Below the pieces are notes generated by a model. That model was not told the DNA's origin, ran no database searches, and worked only from the letters and a program-made list of their open reading frames with translations. This document shows positions 23,130 to 34,607 of a stretch of 64,000 nt of DNA, one piece after another. Both the position numbers and the translations under genes were made by a program. Position 1 is the first letter of the stretch; each line of letters starts with the position of its first letter. The stretch is from an uncultured Actinomycetota bacterium (GTDB taxonomy: Bacteria; Actinomycetota; Actinomycetes; JAFAQI01). The DNA lies in assembly GCA_963770565.1 (NCBI GenBank), contig CAVYQE010000001.1, forward strand, positions 32,001-96,000, read 5' to 3'.

Positions 23130-23935
23130 AATCGGCGTTTGATGAACTCCACAGACGCTCGATCAGCTTCAGATTGGGCAAGTCCACCGGAAGGTAAGAA
23201 GCGTGATCCCCAACTCCGTAGCCAGGGCATGGACTACGCGTTGCGCTGGTAACGGGCGTTGTCGAGCACCACGGTGATGGGACCGATCAAGCTTTTGGCG
23301 GCAATCTTCCGCAACAATTCGCACATCGTCTCGGTGTTCACGACCGTCGTGTTGGTCACGTAGGTCAGTTGCCGGGTCACGGCATTCCGGGCTCCGAGCA
23401 CGTTGAACCGCTGCCGTCCCGACGCCGCCCGCACCCACAATCTCACGAACGACCACAGGCAGCACAGAAATGTCCCATAGACAAAATGGGCCGCATCCAC
23501 GAAGAAGACGTGCCCTTGACCCCCTTGGGCAACGTCCACCGGAAGGTGTCAACTGTCGGCGATTATCGGACAGACTGCTTCAAGCGACACGCCCTCGAGA
23601 CTTTTTTTGGGGGGAGTGGCACTCGATGCATCGCCACTCATCCCCATCCCTTTCATGAATTTCCTGACCTGGGTCGGACCACGCCGGAGGCCGGTCATTT
23701 TCTCGATCCGCTCGGCGGCCTCCGCCACGCTTCGGACCGGCTCTTTCTCGAACGATTCACGGATCAAATCCCGGTACGAAGCCAATTCGCTGGTGGGCCC
23801 CTTCCTGTTCCATTCTCGCAAACCGTCGAGGCCGCTAGTCCGAAAGGCCTCGACCGCGCGTTCCACTGTGGCCCTGCCTACCAGAGCGATCTTTGCCGCT
23901 ACCACTCGAGTAAACCGAATGGCGGCCAGAGCGAG
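23130..23935 (-). mobile_element. IS630-family transposase remnant interleaved with repeat fragments
   Basis: HTH part (AFRTSGLDGL...IEKMTGLRRGPTQVRKFMK); DDE part FFVDAAHF, RQRFNVLGA, VVLDNARYQ, PNLKLIERLW. Confidence 0.75.
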
Positions 23936-23939
23936 GATG

Positions 23940-24917
23940 CGCGCCGCAAAGGGGTCGGGAGTGCGATTTCGCCCGCTGAACGACCCCGTTCCCAACCGGC
24001 ATCATGGCGAAATCGATTCCTGACCCCCTTTTGGCAACGTCCACCGGAAGGTAAGGCGATTATCGGACAGACTGCTAGTCGAGCGCACGCCCTCGCTAGC
24101 GCGTTGGGCTAGTGGGACCACTCGATAAACCATGGCGGCGAGGGGATGCGCCGCGAAAGGGGTCGGGAGTCGATTTCGCCCGCTGAACGACCCGTAGTAC
24201 CAACCGGCATCATGGCGAAATCGATTCCCGACCCCCTTTTGGCAACGTCCACCGGAAGGTAAGGCGGTTATCGGACAGACTGCTAGTCAAGCGCACGCCC
24301 TCGCTAGCGCGTCGGGCTAGTGGGACCACTCGATAAACCATGGCGGCGAGGGGGTGCTCGCCGCGAAAGGGGTCGGGAGTCGATTTCGCCCGCTGAACGA
24401 CCCGTAGTACCAACCGGCATCATGGCGAAATCGATTCCCGACCCCCTTTTGGCAACGTCCACCGGAAGGTAAGGCGGTTCTCGGAGAGGCTCCTAGCCAA
24501 GCGCACGCCCTCGCTAGCGCGTCGGGCTAGTGTGGCCGCTCGATAATTTGTCGCGGCGAGGGGATGCGCGCCGCGAAAGGGGTCGGGAGTCGATTTCGCC
24601 CGCTGAACGACCCGTCAGCGCCAACCGGCATCATGGCGAAATCGATTCCCGACCCCCTTTTGGCAACGTCCACCGGAAAGTAAGGCGGTTATCGGAGAGG
24701 CTCCTAGCCAAGCGCACGCCCTCGCTAGCGCGTCGGGCTAGTGGGACCACTCGATAAACCATGGCGGCGAGGGGATGCGCGCCGCGAAAGGGGTCGGGAG
24801 TCGATTTCGCCCGCTGAACGACGCGTAGTGCCAACCGGCATCATGGCGAAATCGACTCCCGCCCCCCTTTGGCAACGCCCACCGGAAGGTAAGCCGGCTG
24901 CTCGGACAGGCTGCTAG
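23940..24917. repeat. Tandem array of five units of about 210 bp (last partial) containing two REP types
   Basis: AAAGGGGTCGGGAG at 23948, 24156, 24366, 24576 and 24787 (also 23084). Inverted arm GGCGAAATCGATTCCCGACCCCCTTT. CCCTCGCTAGCGCGTCGGGCTAG REP (also about 25955). Confidence 0.92.
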
Positions 24918-25670
24918 GGCGTCAAGCAGAGCCCGACCAGGATGTCGTAGAAAGCATGGCTGCCGGCGGCGATCCCGAATCCGCGATAGACGAACAGCAC
25001 CGCGAAGAACGCCCCCGCCACGAAGCGGAACAGAAATGTCGAGAGTTCCAACGGCTGGCCGTGAGGGCCGATATAGTGCGCGGCCGAGAAGAGCACGCTG
25101 GTGATCAGCACCGCTCCGACCAACGCTTGCCGGGGCGTGCAGCCGGCCAACTTCAGCCCCCACGCCGCCAACGGCAGCAAAGTCAACCGAAACAGCACTT
25201 CCTCATAAATGCCCGCCCCGAAAAATGCGACCAGCTTGCCCGCGCCGTGCAGGGCGCCGCTGAGAATCGAGGCCGAGACGGGCCAGTCGCACTGGGCCGG
25301 CAGAAACATCGATAACAGCGATCCTTGAAGGCGGGCAATCACCACCAGCGCCAGCGCCAGCAGCAGGCATTCGGCAAACATCGCATACAGCACCCCCGGC
25401 ACGACCCGCCAGGGTTGCCCCGTCGTATGATGCCAGCCGAGCAGAATCCCGATGGTCAAGACGGGGAGCAGAAAGTATTGGCCGAAGCCCAGCAGATCGA
25501 GCAGTTGGCGGAGCCAGACGTCGGCGCCGTTGCGCATCGCCTGGGCGCCGAGCCAGATCACGCCCGCTTCGTAGAGAACCAGCAGCGGAGCGATGAAGGC
25601 CAGGCAGGTGAGCGGTCGGCGCGATTGCTGCCAATAATACCCGCTCGCCTGGGGCCAGATGCACGTATTG
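24914..25670 (-). CDS. CPBP (Abi/CAAX) intramembrane glutamic protease; start uncertain
   Basis: GIYEEVLFR, FSAAHY, HAFYD motifs. Confidence 0.85.
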
Positions 25671-26186
25671 CCGAAAAGCGTTGCAAGCACAGCGAGCGGG
25701 GAGAGACGATGATTGGAAGGCGAGGGAGTCGGCTGCTCGCCGTGGAACTTCCTTGTGAGATCGCGATGACTTGTCGCGCCGGCCATATTGATCATCGGAG
25801 TCGCTCCGCCAACCCTTGAAAACTTGGCCACCGCGCGTTGCCCTCTGCACGACCGCTGAAAACCGCACGCCGCTCGCAATCTTTTCGTTCCGTTGCGACA
25901 CAAGCCCGACGCGCAAGCGAGAGAATCGGCGCGGCGCCGCCGGCCACCCGTATTCCCTCGCTAGCGCGTCGGGCTAGAGTGGCGTGACATTGCGCACGCG
26001 GCGCGAACGCCGCCAACCCCGTGCCGACGATCCTTTGTTGCCGCCGGTCGCGATGGGGTCACTGCCGGCTGCAATCGAACGGCCGGCTGCAATCGAACGG
26101 CGGCCTGCAATAGAAATGCGGCCTGCCGCAGCCCGAAATCTCCGAACAATCGAGCCCTGCGGTCCACCGCAATCGAGGCTGAAATG

Positions 26187-26968
26187 TCAGCCGTAGCGGG
26201 CCAGAATCCGCCGCACCAAGCCGGGAAAAGCCCGATTGAGCCGGCAGATCAGTCCCCCGCGAAAGTTCGGTATGATCTCCGCCTTGCCGCGGCGGATCGC
26301 CCGCACCGTCGCGCGGGCCACGGCAGCCGCCGAAACTCCGGGCTGCTCGGGCCAGAGCGTATTGCCGGTGCGCTCGACGACGTGCTCGAAGAACTCGGTT
26401 TCCGTCGAGCCGGGGCTGACCAGCAGCACGTCGATGCCGAGTTGCACGAACTCCGCCCGCAGCGCATCGCTCAACCCGCGGAGCGCGAATTTCGTCGCGC
26501 AGTATTCGCTGGTCCGCGGCACGGCGAAGTGGCCGAGAATCGAGCCGATATTGACGACAATCGGCTTGCGCCTTGCGCAACAGCGGCAGCGCCTCGCGGA
26601 TGAATTCGGCGGCTGCGAAAAGATTCACCTCGAAAAGCCGCCGCAGCCGCTCCGGGCCGGCCTCGTCGAATCGGCCGACGGCGCCGACGCCGGCATTGTT
26701 GACCAGCACGTCGAGGCCGCCGAAACGCTCTGGGCCCGCTCGAGCGCCGCCCGCCGCAGCGCCGGATCGGTCACGTCGCCGACGACGCATTCGGCCCGCC
26801 CACCGGCGGCCCCGATCGCGGCCGCTACCTGCTCGAGCAGCTCGGCGCGGCGGGCGACGAGCACGACGGGCGATCCTCGGCGAGCCAATTCGAGCGCGAT
26901 TGCCCGACCGATTCCGCCGGAAGCGCCGGTGACGAGCGATCGCGACCGCTGATTGTGCGATGGGCCAC
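26187..26968 (-). CDS. Short-chain dehydrogenase/reductase (frameshifted)
   Basis: LVTGASGGIG, LDVLVNNAG, catalytic YCATK. Confidence 0.85.
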
Positions 26969-26974
26969 GGGAAA

Positions 26975-28311
26975 TCAGCCTTGGGCTTGACCGTTGCCGA
27001 ACTGACCGGCGGGTATGGCCGTTGGTGCTGGAGGGGGTCAGCCGCGGCCGGATCTCGGTGGCCTCCTCGCGAATCCGGCCGAGATGGTTTTCCGCGATCC
27101 GGCAATGGATGACCACGCGGCTGTCATGGTAGCTCTTCGAGAGCACCTCGCCATGCGCAGCCAAGAAGGCTTGCAGGCGGCCATTCTCGACCCCCGTCTC
27201 GATATCGACGTCAACAAAGCTCCGGCTCAGCGCCTCGCTCACCGCTCCGGCGAGCTGCGCCATGCCGACGCCGCTCCGGCGCTGATCGGCAGGGCAGTGG
27301 GATAACGGACCAGCAGGCCATTGAGATTCCGCGGCTCGGCGGCGTCAACTTTGTTGAGCACCAGGATCGTGTCCTTGGCTTCGATGCCGAGTTCCTCGAG
27401 CACGGCGTAAACCGCCGCGATCTGATCGGCGGCGGCGGGATTGCTCGCGTCGGCCACGTGCAGCAGCAGATTCGCCTGCCGGGCCTCTTCGAGCGTCGCC
27501 TTGAAGCTGGCGATCAAATGGTGCGGCAGGTCGCGAATGAACCCGACCGTGTCGCTCAGCAAGACCGGCCCCCAGCCGGGCAATTGCCAGCGGCGGGTGC
27601 GCGTGTCGAGCGTGGCGAAGAGCTTGTCTTCGGCCAACACCTGGCTCCCCGTCAGCTTGTTCAACAGCGTGCTCTTGCCGGCATTCGTATAGCCGACCAG
27701 CGAGACGGTCATGCGGTCGCGGCGGGCGGCGACTTCGCGCTCCTTGCGGCGTTGGATGCCCTTGAGTTCGACCCCCAGATCGTGAATCCGCTTTTCCACC
27801 AAGCGGCGGTCCACTTCCAACTGCTTTTCGCCGGGGCCGCGCATGCCGATCCCCATTTTGATCCGCGACAGATGCGTCCACATCCGTTTGAGCCGCGGCA
27901 ACGCATATTGAAGCTGGGCCATTTCCACGGCCAAGCGGGCTTCGTATGTCTTCGCGCGGCCCGCGAAAATGTCGAGGATCAGCTCGGTGCGATCGACCAC
28001 CTTGATGCTCAGTGCCTGTTCGAGATTTCGGACCTGAGCGGGCGAGAGATCGTTGTCGAAGAGCACCACGTCGGCCTCCTTGCCGGCGGCGAGTTGCTCG
28101 AGTTCGACCAGCTTCCCCTTGCCGAGATAGGTGGTCATGTCGGGGGCTTCGCGGCGCTGCGTCAGCCGCCCGACGACCCGCGCCCGGCCGTTTCGGCCAG
28201 GCCCTCCAATTCGTCGAGGGGATGCTCGTAATCCGTGCGCTCGGTCAGCAGAACGCCGACGAGAATCGCCGCTTCACTGGCGATGCTCTCGGTCCGTTTC
28301 ATTTCAGTCAC
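26975..28311 (-). CDS. hflX: GTPase HflX (frameshifted)
   Basis: LGKGKL, LILDIFA, GPGEKQLEVDRR, G1 GYTNAGKSTL, LFATLDT, DTVGF, NKVD; GGAGG SD before GTG at 28311. Confidence 0.93.
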
Positions 28312-28509
28312 GGTGGGATTGGTCCTCCCTGTTGGATGTCGGCGATAGTCGATCCAGGTTGCGGTGGCCCGGCTATTCCATTCTAACATGCCGCGCCTGG
28401 GGCGGGAAAATCCGTCCGATGGCGGACAAACGATTTTTTCCGCCCCCAACCGCCCCAAACCGAATTCCGCGGTCGAAAAACAGCCCCCTGGCCGGCCCGC
28501 CGCTGATTC

Positions 28510-29775
28510 TCAGGACACTTGGGAGCGGGAATTGTTCGCATGTTCCGCCGGGACGGCCAGTTTTCGATAGGCGCCCCGCCGAGTTCTTCGAGGCAGGCCA
28601 GCACCGTCGGGTCGTCTCGCCCGGCGGCCATGACGGTCACGATCGGCTGCCCGGCTCGGATCGAAGCGCCGGCGGCCGGAATGTCGGCCACGACCGGCCA
28701 CTCCGCAGCGCCGTTTTGCATTTCCACCCATTCCACGAATCGCGTGCCGACGATCGCATCGGCCGTCGCATGGAGAATCGCTTTGCCGTTGATCCGGGAT
28801 TCGTCGGCCAGGTCGCGACGTTGTCGCGCGGCATCGAATCGAACCGGCGACCGTTCCGGGCCGATGAACTCGCGGCAGGCCGCCACGTGCCAGCCCACGG
28901 CGCTCGTTCCGCCGGCCCGTTCCAGCACTTCGACCGATGCCGGATAGCGGGGATTGACCTCGATGGTCCAAATCTCATCGCCGGCCAGAATGAAATCGAC
29001 GCCGAACAACCCCGTCAGTTCGAATGCCTCGGCAACAACCGATCCCAGCCGATCGAGCCGGCCGCCCAACGCGGGGGAAACGGCCAGCGGCCCGATCGAA
29101 CCGCAATAACGGAACCGATCGTTCGCCCCCCGCGCAACGCCGCACCACGGCAGCCCGAGGAGTTGCCGCGAAATGCCCCAGCAGATTGCCCCGTCGCGAG
29201 CCGCCAGATACACGGCGCTCGCCGGCAGCCCAGCGATTCGTTGTTGGAAATAGCACCGCGGCAAATCGCCAGTCTGCCCCGGCTCGCCGCCCTGCGCCGC
29301 CGCACCGACCCAAGGCTCAATGCGACAGCCGCCCGAAGAGGCCGCCGGTTTTACCAGCCACGAGCCATCGGTCGGCACGTCGGCTGCGAAAAGCGAACAG
29401 CCCGGCACGCAAAACCCTTCCGCCCGCAGCACTTCTGCCAGTCGCAACGGATCGCGCACCGCGCGCAGCGCCGCGCCGCCGACGCCGTAAAGCTGCCGGC
29501 TCGCGGCCAGCCGATCCACCAGGGCCGGATGGTTTTCGATCCCGCCGGTATACATCCACGGCCCGGCGGGCGCGGCCGCGAGCGACCGATTCCAGGCCCT
29601 GGGGATAGTCGAATCACGCGTTCGGCGCGGCCGCAGGCGAGCAAATCGCGATCCGCGAACAGGTCGGCTGCCCAAACTTTCAGGCCGGCGCGGCGGGCCG
29701 ACGCGGCCGCGGCCCGCGCGCTGGCCCCGACGATGGCCAGCGGCAGCCCGCCATCCGGCCGATCGACCGGCTCAT
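28510..29775 (-). CDS. ATP-grasp protein of the type linked to H4MPT/methanofuran C1 metabolism (frameshifted, ends approximate)
   Basis: AIVGASARAAAASARRAG...DLFADRDL; WLVKP..SSGG; FRYCGSIGP; GVDF...IEVNPRYPASVEVLE. Confidence 0.75.
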
Positions 29776-30215
29776 CGCAAGAATTGTTGGCACCAATAGC
29801 ACGACCCATCGGTGGCAGTATAGGCCGCCACGCCGATCCAATGGTAGCCGGGATTGAGGATATTCGCCCGATGGCCGGGGGAATTCATCCACGAGACCAT
29901 GACCTCTTGGGTGCTACGCTGGCCCCAAGCGATATTCTCGGCCACGCCGATCGACGAGTGCTGCATGTTATGGCTATTGGTCATCCAGGCCGCATGGCGG
30001 CGGGTCGTCTGTTCCAACTGCGGAGCGATTTTCAAGGCGGCCAGTCCGTAGCGGGCCCGCTGGGCATTCGCCGCATCGAGCATCGCCTGCTCCACACCGC
30101 CGAGCGTCGTCTGCGAGGCTTTCGGAGCCTTTGGAGCTATCGGAGCTTTTGGCGCGGGCGTCGCGACGACGCCGAGCGACAAGACGAGCGCGAACTTCAC
30201 ACAAGCTGAGAGCAT
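29772..30215 (-). CDS. Secreted CAP/SCP domain protein
   Basis: Signal peptide; NAQRARYGL, AENIAWGQ, WMNSPGHRANIL, YWCQQF; GGAGGA SD. Confidence 0.9.
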   Translation of the reverse strand: MLSACVKFALVLSLGVVATPAPKAPIAPKAPKASQTTLGGVEQAMLDAANAQRARYGLAALKIAPQLEQTTRRHAAWMTNSHNMQHSSIGVAENIAWGQRSTQEVMVSWMNSPGHRANILNPGYHWIGVAAYTATDGSCYWCQQFLR

Positions 30216-30455
30216 GATTCCTCCTGAAAACAAAACGGGGACACAAACAAACCGATTTGTGCCGGCAACCCTCTCGTGGCAACCATCCGATGGCTGACGG
30301 GCTCAACCGGCCAAGGCTGGAACTTGCCGCTGGCCAACCGGTTCCCGACGTGTCTGAGGTGGGAGGGAACCCGATGGGGCAAACTGCGTTGAGTTTGCGG
30401 GCAAGTTCCCGTCAAGCATAGCCGCGAGCTGGCCTTTGACAAGGGGGCCACCCCC

Positions 30456-30838
30456 GTAGGACGGCTCTCCCGAGCCGTCCAGAGTTCACCGGACTGCTCG
30501 GAAGAACCACGCTCCCCAGACGAGGACGGCTCGGGAGAGCCGGCTTTACGTTGACCAGACGGCTCGGGAGAGCCGTCCTACATTGACCAGACGGCTCGGG
30601 AGACGGGCTTTACGTTGACCAGACGGCTCGGGAGAGCCGTCCTACATTGACCAGACGGCTCGGGAGAGCCGGCTTACGTTGGGCAGACGGCTCGGGAGAG
30701 CCGGCTTTACGTTGGGCGGACGGCTCGGGAGAGCCGTCCTACATTGACCAGACGGCTCGGGAGAGCCGGCTTACGTTGGGCAGACGGCTCGGGAGAGCCG
30801 TCCTACGTTGGGCAGACGGCTCGGGAGAGCCGTCCTAC
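30456..30838. repeat. GTAG-type REP cluster: one arm plus ten inverted tandem copies (period about 32 bp)
   Basis: GTAGGACGGCTCTCCCGAGCCGTC at 30456; GACGGCTCGGGAGA at 30525, 30558, 30590, 30622, 30654, 30686, 30719, 30751, 30783 and 30815. Confidence 0.9.
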
Positions 30839-30871
30839 TGGCGGGACGCCGCTTCCACATTGGGCGGCGTG

Positions 30872-31860
30872 TCAGAACGGCTCGCCTGCCCCAACCCCGC
30901 TGGCGATGCGAATCGGATAGCCCAATCGCTTGTTGACCAGGTTCACGAGTGGTTGGCCCGCCAGATAACGCCGTAGATTCTCGCAAAACATCGCCGTGAT
31001 GTCGTCGGCGCGGCGGCGCTCTCGCCGCCGACGTGCGGGCTGATGATCACGTTCGGCAGTTCCCAGAGCGGGCTGGCGGTCGGCAGCGGTTCGATCTCGG
31101 CCACGTTGACCCCCGCGCCGAAGAGCTGCCCGGATTCCAACGCGGCGACAAGATCGCGCTCGATGACGATCGGCCCGCGGGCGACGTTGATCAGGATCGC
31201 GCCGCGCCGCATCAGCGCCAGCCGCCGGGCGTCGATCATCCCCCGCGACTGATCGTTGAGCGGCAGGGTCAGCACGAGGACGTTGACCAGGGGCAGGAGG
31301 GCATCGAGTCGGTCGGCCGGCCAGAGTTCGGCGACGTGCGGCGGCCGATCGACCGGAAACATGTCGGTCGCGAGAATCCGCGTGCCGAATGCCGCCAGCG
31401 CTTCGGCAATGCGCCGCCCGACGCCCCCCAAGCCGACGATGCCCACCGTCGCGCCGTGCAGATCGCGAACCGGCCGGCGAATGTACTCCTTCGCCTGTTG
31501 GGCTCGGAAGAAAGTCGGCCAGCCGCGAATCAAACCCAACAGCATGGCCATCGCCGTCTCGCAAACCTGATAGGCCAGCACGCCGGCAATGTTCGTGATC
31601 ACGATCGGCGATTCGACGACCGAAGGGACGAGCAGATGGTCGAGCCCCGCCGCCGACGATTGAATCCATTTGAGCCGACCGAGCCGCACCACTTCATCCC
31701 ACGGCGTCGGCACCTTGGGATGCCCGCAAAAAATGTCGGCCCGGAGAATCTGCGCCGCGATCCCATCTTGCCCGGCGTTGACCAACTCGGCCCCCGGCGC
31801 GGCGGCCTGAATCCGATCCAAATGACGTTGTTCCAGCGGATAGCAGAGAACGATGCGCAT
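30872..31860 (-). CDS. D-2-hydroxyacid dehydrogenase family protein (frameshift near 3' end)
   Basis: WIQSSAAGLDH, GIVGLGGVG, INVARG, EPLP...LW..PNVIISPHVGG. Confidence 0.9.
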
Positions 31861-32167
31861 GGCAAACTGCGGAGCAGGGAGCGACGGATTCCGATGGCAG
31901 GCGACTGCAATTGTGGCGTTTTCCCCCGGCGTGACAAGGGGGCTTCCCGCCGCAAAGGGCGGCCCGATGCCTACTCCTACTCCTACTCGTTCTCGTAATC
32001 CCAGTCCTAAGAACGATGAGGAGTAGAATTGGGGTCGGAGGCCAACGACGACCGGCACGCCCCCATTGGAGTTCACGCTTCAGCGCGTGCTTCCGGCACT
32101 GGCAGACTGCGCTTGGCAGTGCCACACCCTCGTCACTCGTCACTCGTCACTCGTCACTCGTCCCCCG

Positions 32168-32913
32168 TCACTTGCCCAACAGCGCGCGGCAGCGGTCGAG
32201 CGCGGCTCGGCGCAGCGGAGAAATGTATACAGGCTCGCTTGACGGGCCGGCAACGGAAAGCGGCGGATCGCGACGCGCTCGAAGCAGTGCCTGACGATCG
32301 CTTCGATTTCTGTCGGCCCGATTGGCATGTTCGTGGCGCATCAGGTCGCCATAATTGAGGCCGGTGCGCAGGCGGAACGAGAGGCCCACCGATGAGCGCC
32401 AGGCCAAGCCCCAGAGAAAACCGCCTTCCGACGGGATGCCGGCCGCGAACGGCCGCCGGGCTCGAGCAGCGTCGCCGCTTGGGCGACCAAGTTGCGGCAG
32501 GTTGAGCACGTGCTCGAGCGTGGCGATCGAGATGATTCGATCGTAGCGGTGGTCGCGCGGCACGTCGTCGATGTCGGCGTGAAACGTTCGCACCCGCGCC
32601 GCTTCCGGGCGGCCTTCATAGAGGGCCGTGTAGGGCTCGACGACGTCGTAGTCTTGCCCGGCGCTCTCGAATGGAAGATGGTTCAGCGTGCCCGCCCCGA
32701 GCTCCAGCACGGCTTGCCCCGCGAGCGGAATCGGCGGCCACGCGGCGGTGCATCCAGGCTTCGAGCGATTGGGTGATGCGATAGAGGACCCCGGCCTTCG
32801 CGGCTGGAAACATACGTTTCATGATAGATGGCGGCCAGCTTCGGCGGCAGCGGCGGGCCGGCGCGCGCGGATAGGTGGCGAGGAGGCTCGATGCGGCTCG
32901 ATCGGTTTGCCAT
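32168..32913 (-). CDS. Class I SAM-dependent methyltransferase (frameshifted)
   Basis: LELGAGTLNHL, YDRIISIATLEHV, GIPSEGG. Confidence 0.75.
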
Positions 32914-33008
32914 ACCTCGCCCCCGTCGAAGGCTCACCGGCGGGCATCCTTCCCTGCGTGGGAGCGGGAGATTCGCGTGGCGTTCCCCGTCTGTCATGTC
33001 CGTTGTCT

Positions 33009-34013
33009 TCAATGCTGGCGAATTTTGGGGTGGAGCGGCTCGCGGGGGACGTTGGCCATGTCGAAGCCCAGAAAACTCAACAGCAATTGCGAGCCGATGA
33101 TGACCGGCAACGCCGGCGAACATCACCGTGCCCGACGACGCGGGCGTATTGCCGCTCCGCCGCGACGATCCATTGCAGCACGCCGAAAATCACTCCGAAC
33201 GCCAGCAGCCCGAATCCGCACACGAAGATTGATCGACGCCACACTGAAACCGCGGAGAAAGTAATTGTAGAAGATCCGCTTGAGGCAATTGCGGGCGTGA
33301 TAAAGCGGAAATTGCACGAACGCCTTCGTCAGGCTCAGGCTGCTCGATCTCATCGGCGTAGCGGGCCTCCATCGGCACTTCGCCGACGACTGCCCGCAGC
33401 GTGTTCAAGCGAAACAGAATGTCGGACTCGAAGAAATACCGCGGATGCAGCTTGCCCAGCGGCAAGCGGGCGGCGACGGCCGCGTGAATCGCCGTGTAGC
33501 CGTTAGTCGGATCGAACAGGTTCCAATAGCCCGTCGATAGCTTCGAAAGAAACGACAAGCCGGCATTGCCGACAGCCGGGCGACCGGCATCGCCCGCAGG
33601 CTTTCGAGGTGATAAAAGCGATTTCCTTTCACATAGTCGGCTTCGCCGTCGGCCAGAGCGGGGCGATAAGTTCGCGGAATGCGGCGCGGGGTCCATCTGC
33701 CCGTCGCCATCGAGCTTGACGATCATTTCCGCCCCGTCGGCCAGGGCCTGCCGATAGCCGGTGACGACCGCCGCCCCGACGCCCCGATTTTGCTCGTGAA
33801 CCAACAGGCGAATCCGCGGATCGTCGGCGGCCGCTGCGCAATGACCGTGCGACTCTGTTCGGGGCAACCGTCGTCGATGCAATAGATTCGCCACACCTCC
33901 GGCCCGATCGCATGGAGCACTCCGGCGATTTGCTTGCTGACGCGATAGCAGGGGATCACCACCGCCAAACGCGCGGGCATTTGTTCATCGCGTGGTAGAG
34001 TCGGCTCGGGCAT
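33009..34013 (-). CDS. Glycosyltransferase family 2 (frameshifted)
   Basis: VVIPCYRV, IDDGCPE, NRGVGAAVVTGY, KLDGDGQMDP, DPTNGYTAIH; C-terminal LLSFLGFDMANVP. Confidence 0.85.
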
Positions 34014-34607
34014 AGCGCCATGGCGTCGCGAGATTCGCCGAAATTCCTGGCAGAAAAGATGGCGGAAGCCGTTTTGCGGAGTTGTCGCCGGTTGTCGCCC
34101 ATGAGCCGCTGGAAGGAATTATACCCCGATTCGCCGCAGTTCACAATCGTTCCGATCGTAGCGCTCGCATTCCCAATCCTACTTCGACTCGTGCTCGTAA
34201 TCCCATTCCCAATCCGTATCATGCTCCTCATCGTTCTCGACCGATGGGCCGCCGACAAGCGAAGAGTCCGATTACGATGACGATGACGATTATGAATGCG
34301 ATTGGGATTGAGAGGCGCCTCGAGGCGCGTCAGCCTTCGCGGCCCCAAGCACGCCACGGACAGACGTTGCTTGCCCGTGGCACTCGGGTGTCGCTTGCCC
34401 GTGACACACGGTCCATCGTCGCCTTTCGTTCCGCGAAAGAGCCGGGCGCTCTTTCGCGAAGCGAACGACGACAACGACCCGAGCGGCTTGCCGACAGTCG
34501 ATTGAAGAAAATCAGGCCGAATCTCGATATCGAGCCGAGGGCAATCGAACTTCAAGACTGTCCGCCGGCTGACGCCCGAGAACCTCCGCGCGGCCGGATC
34601 GGCCGGC

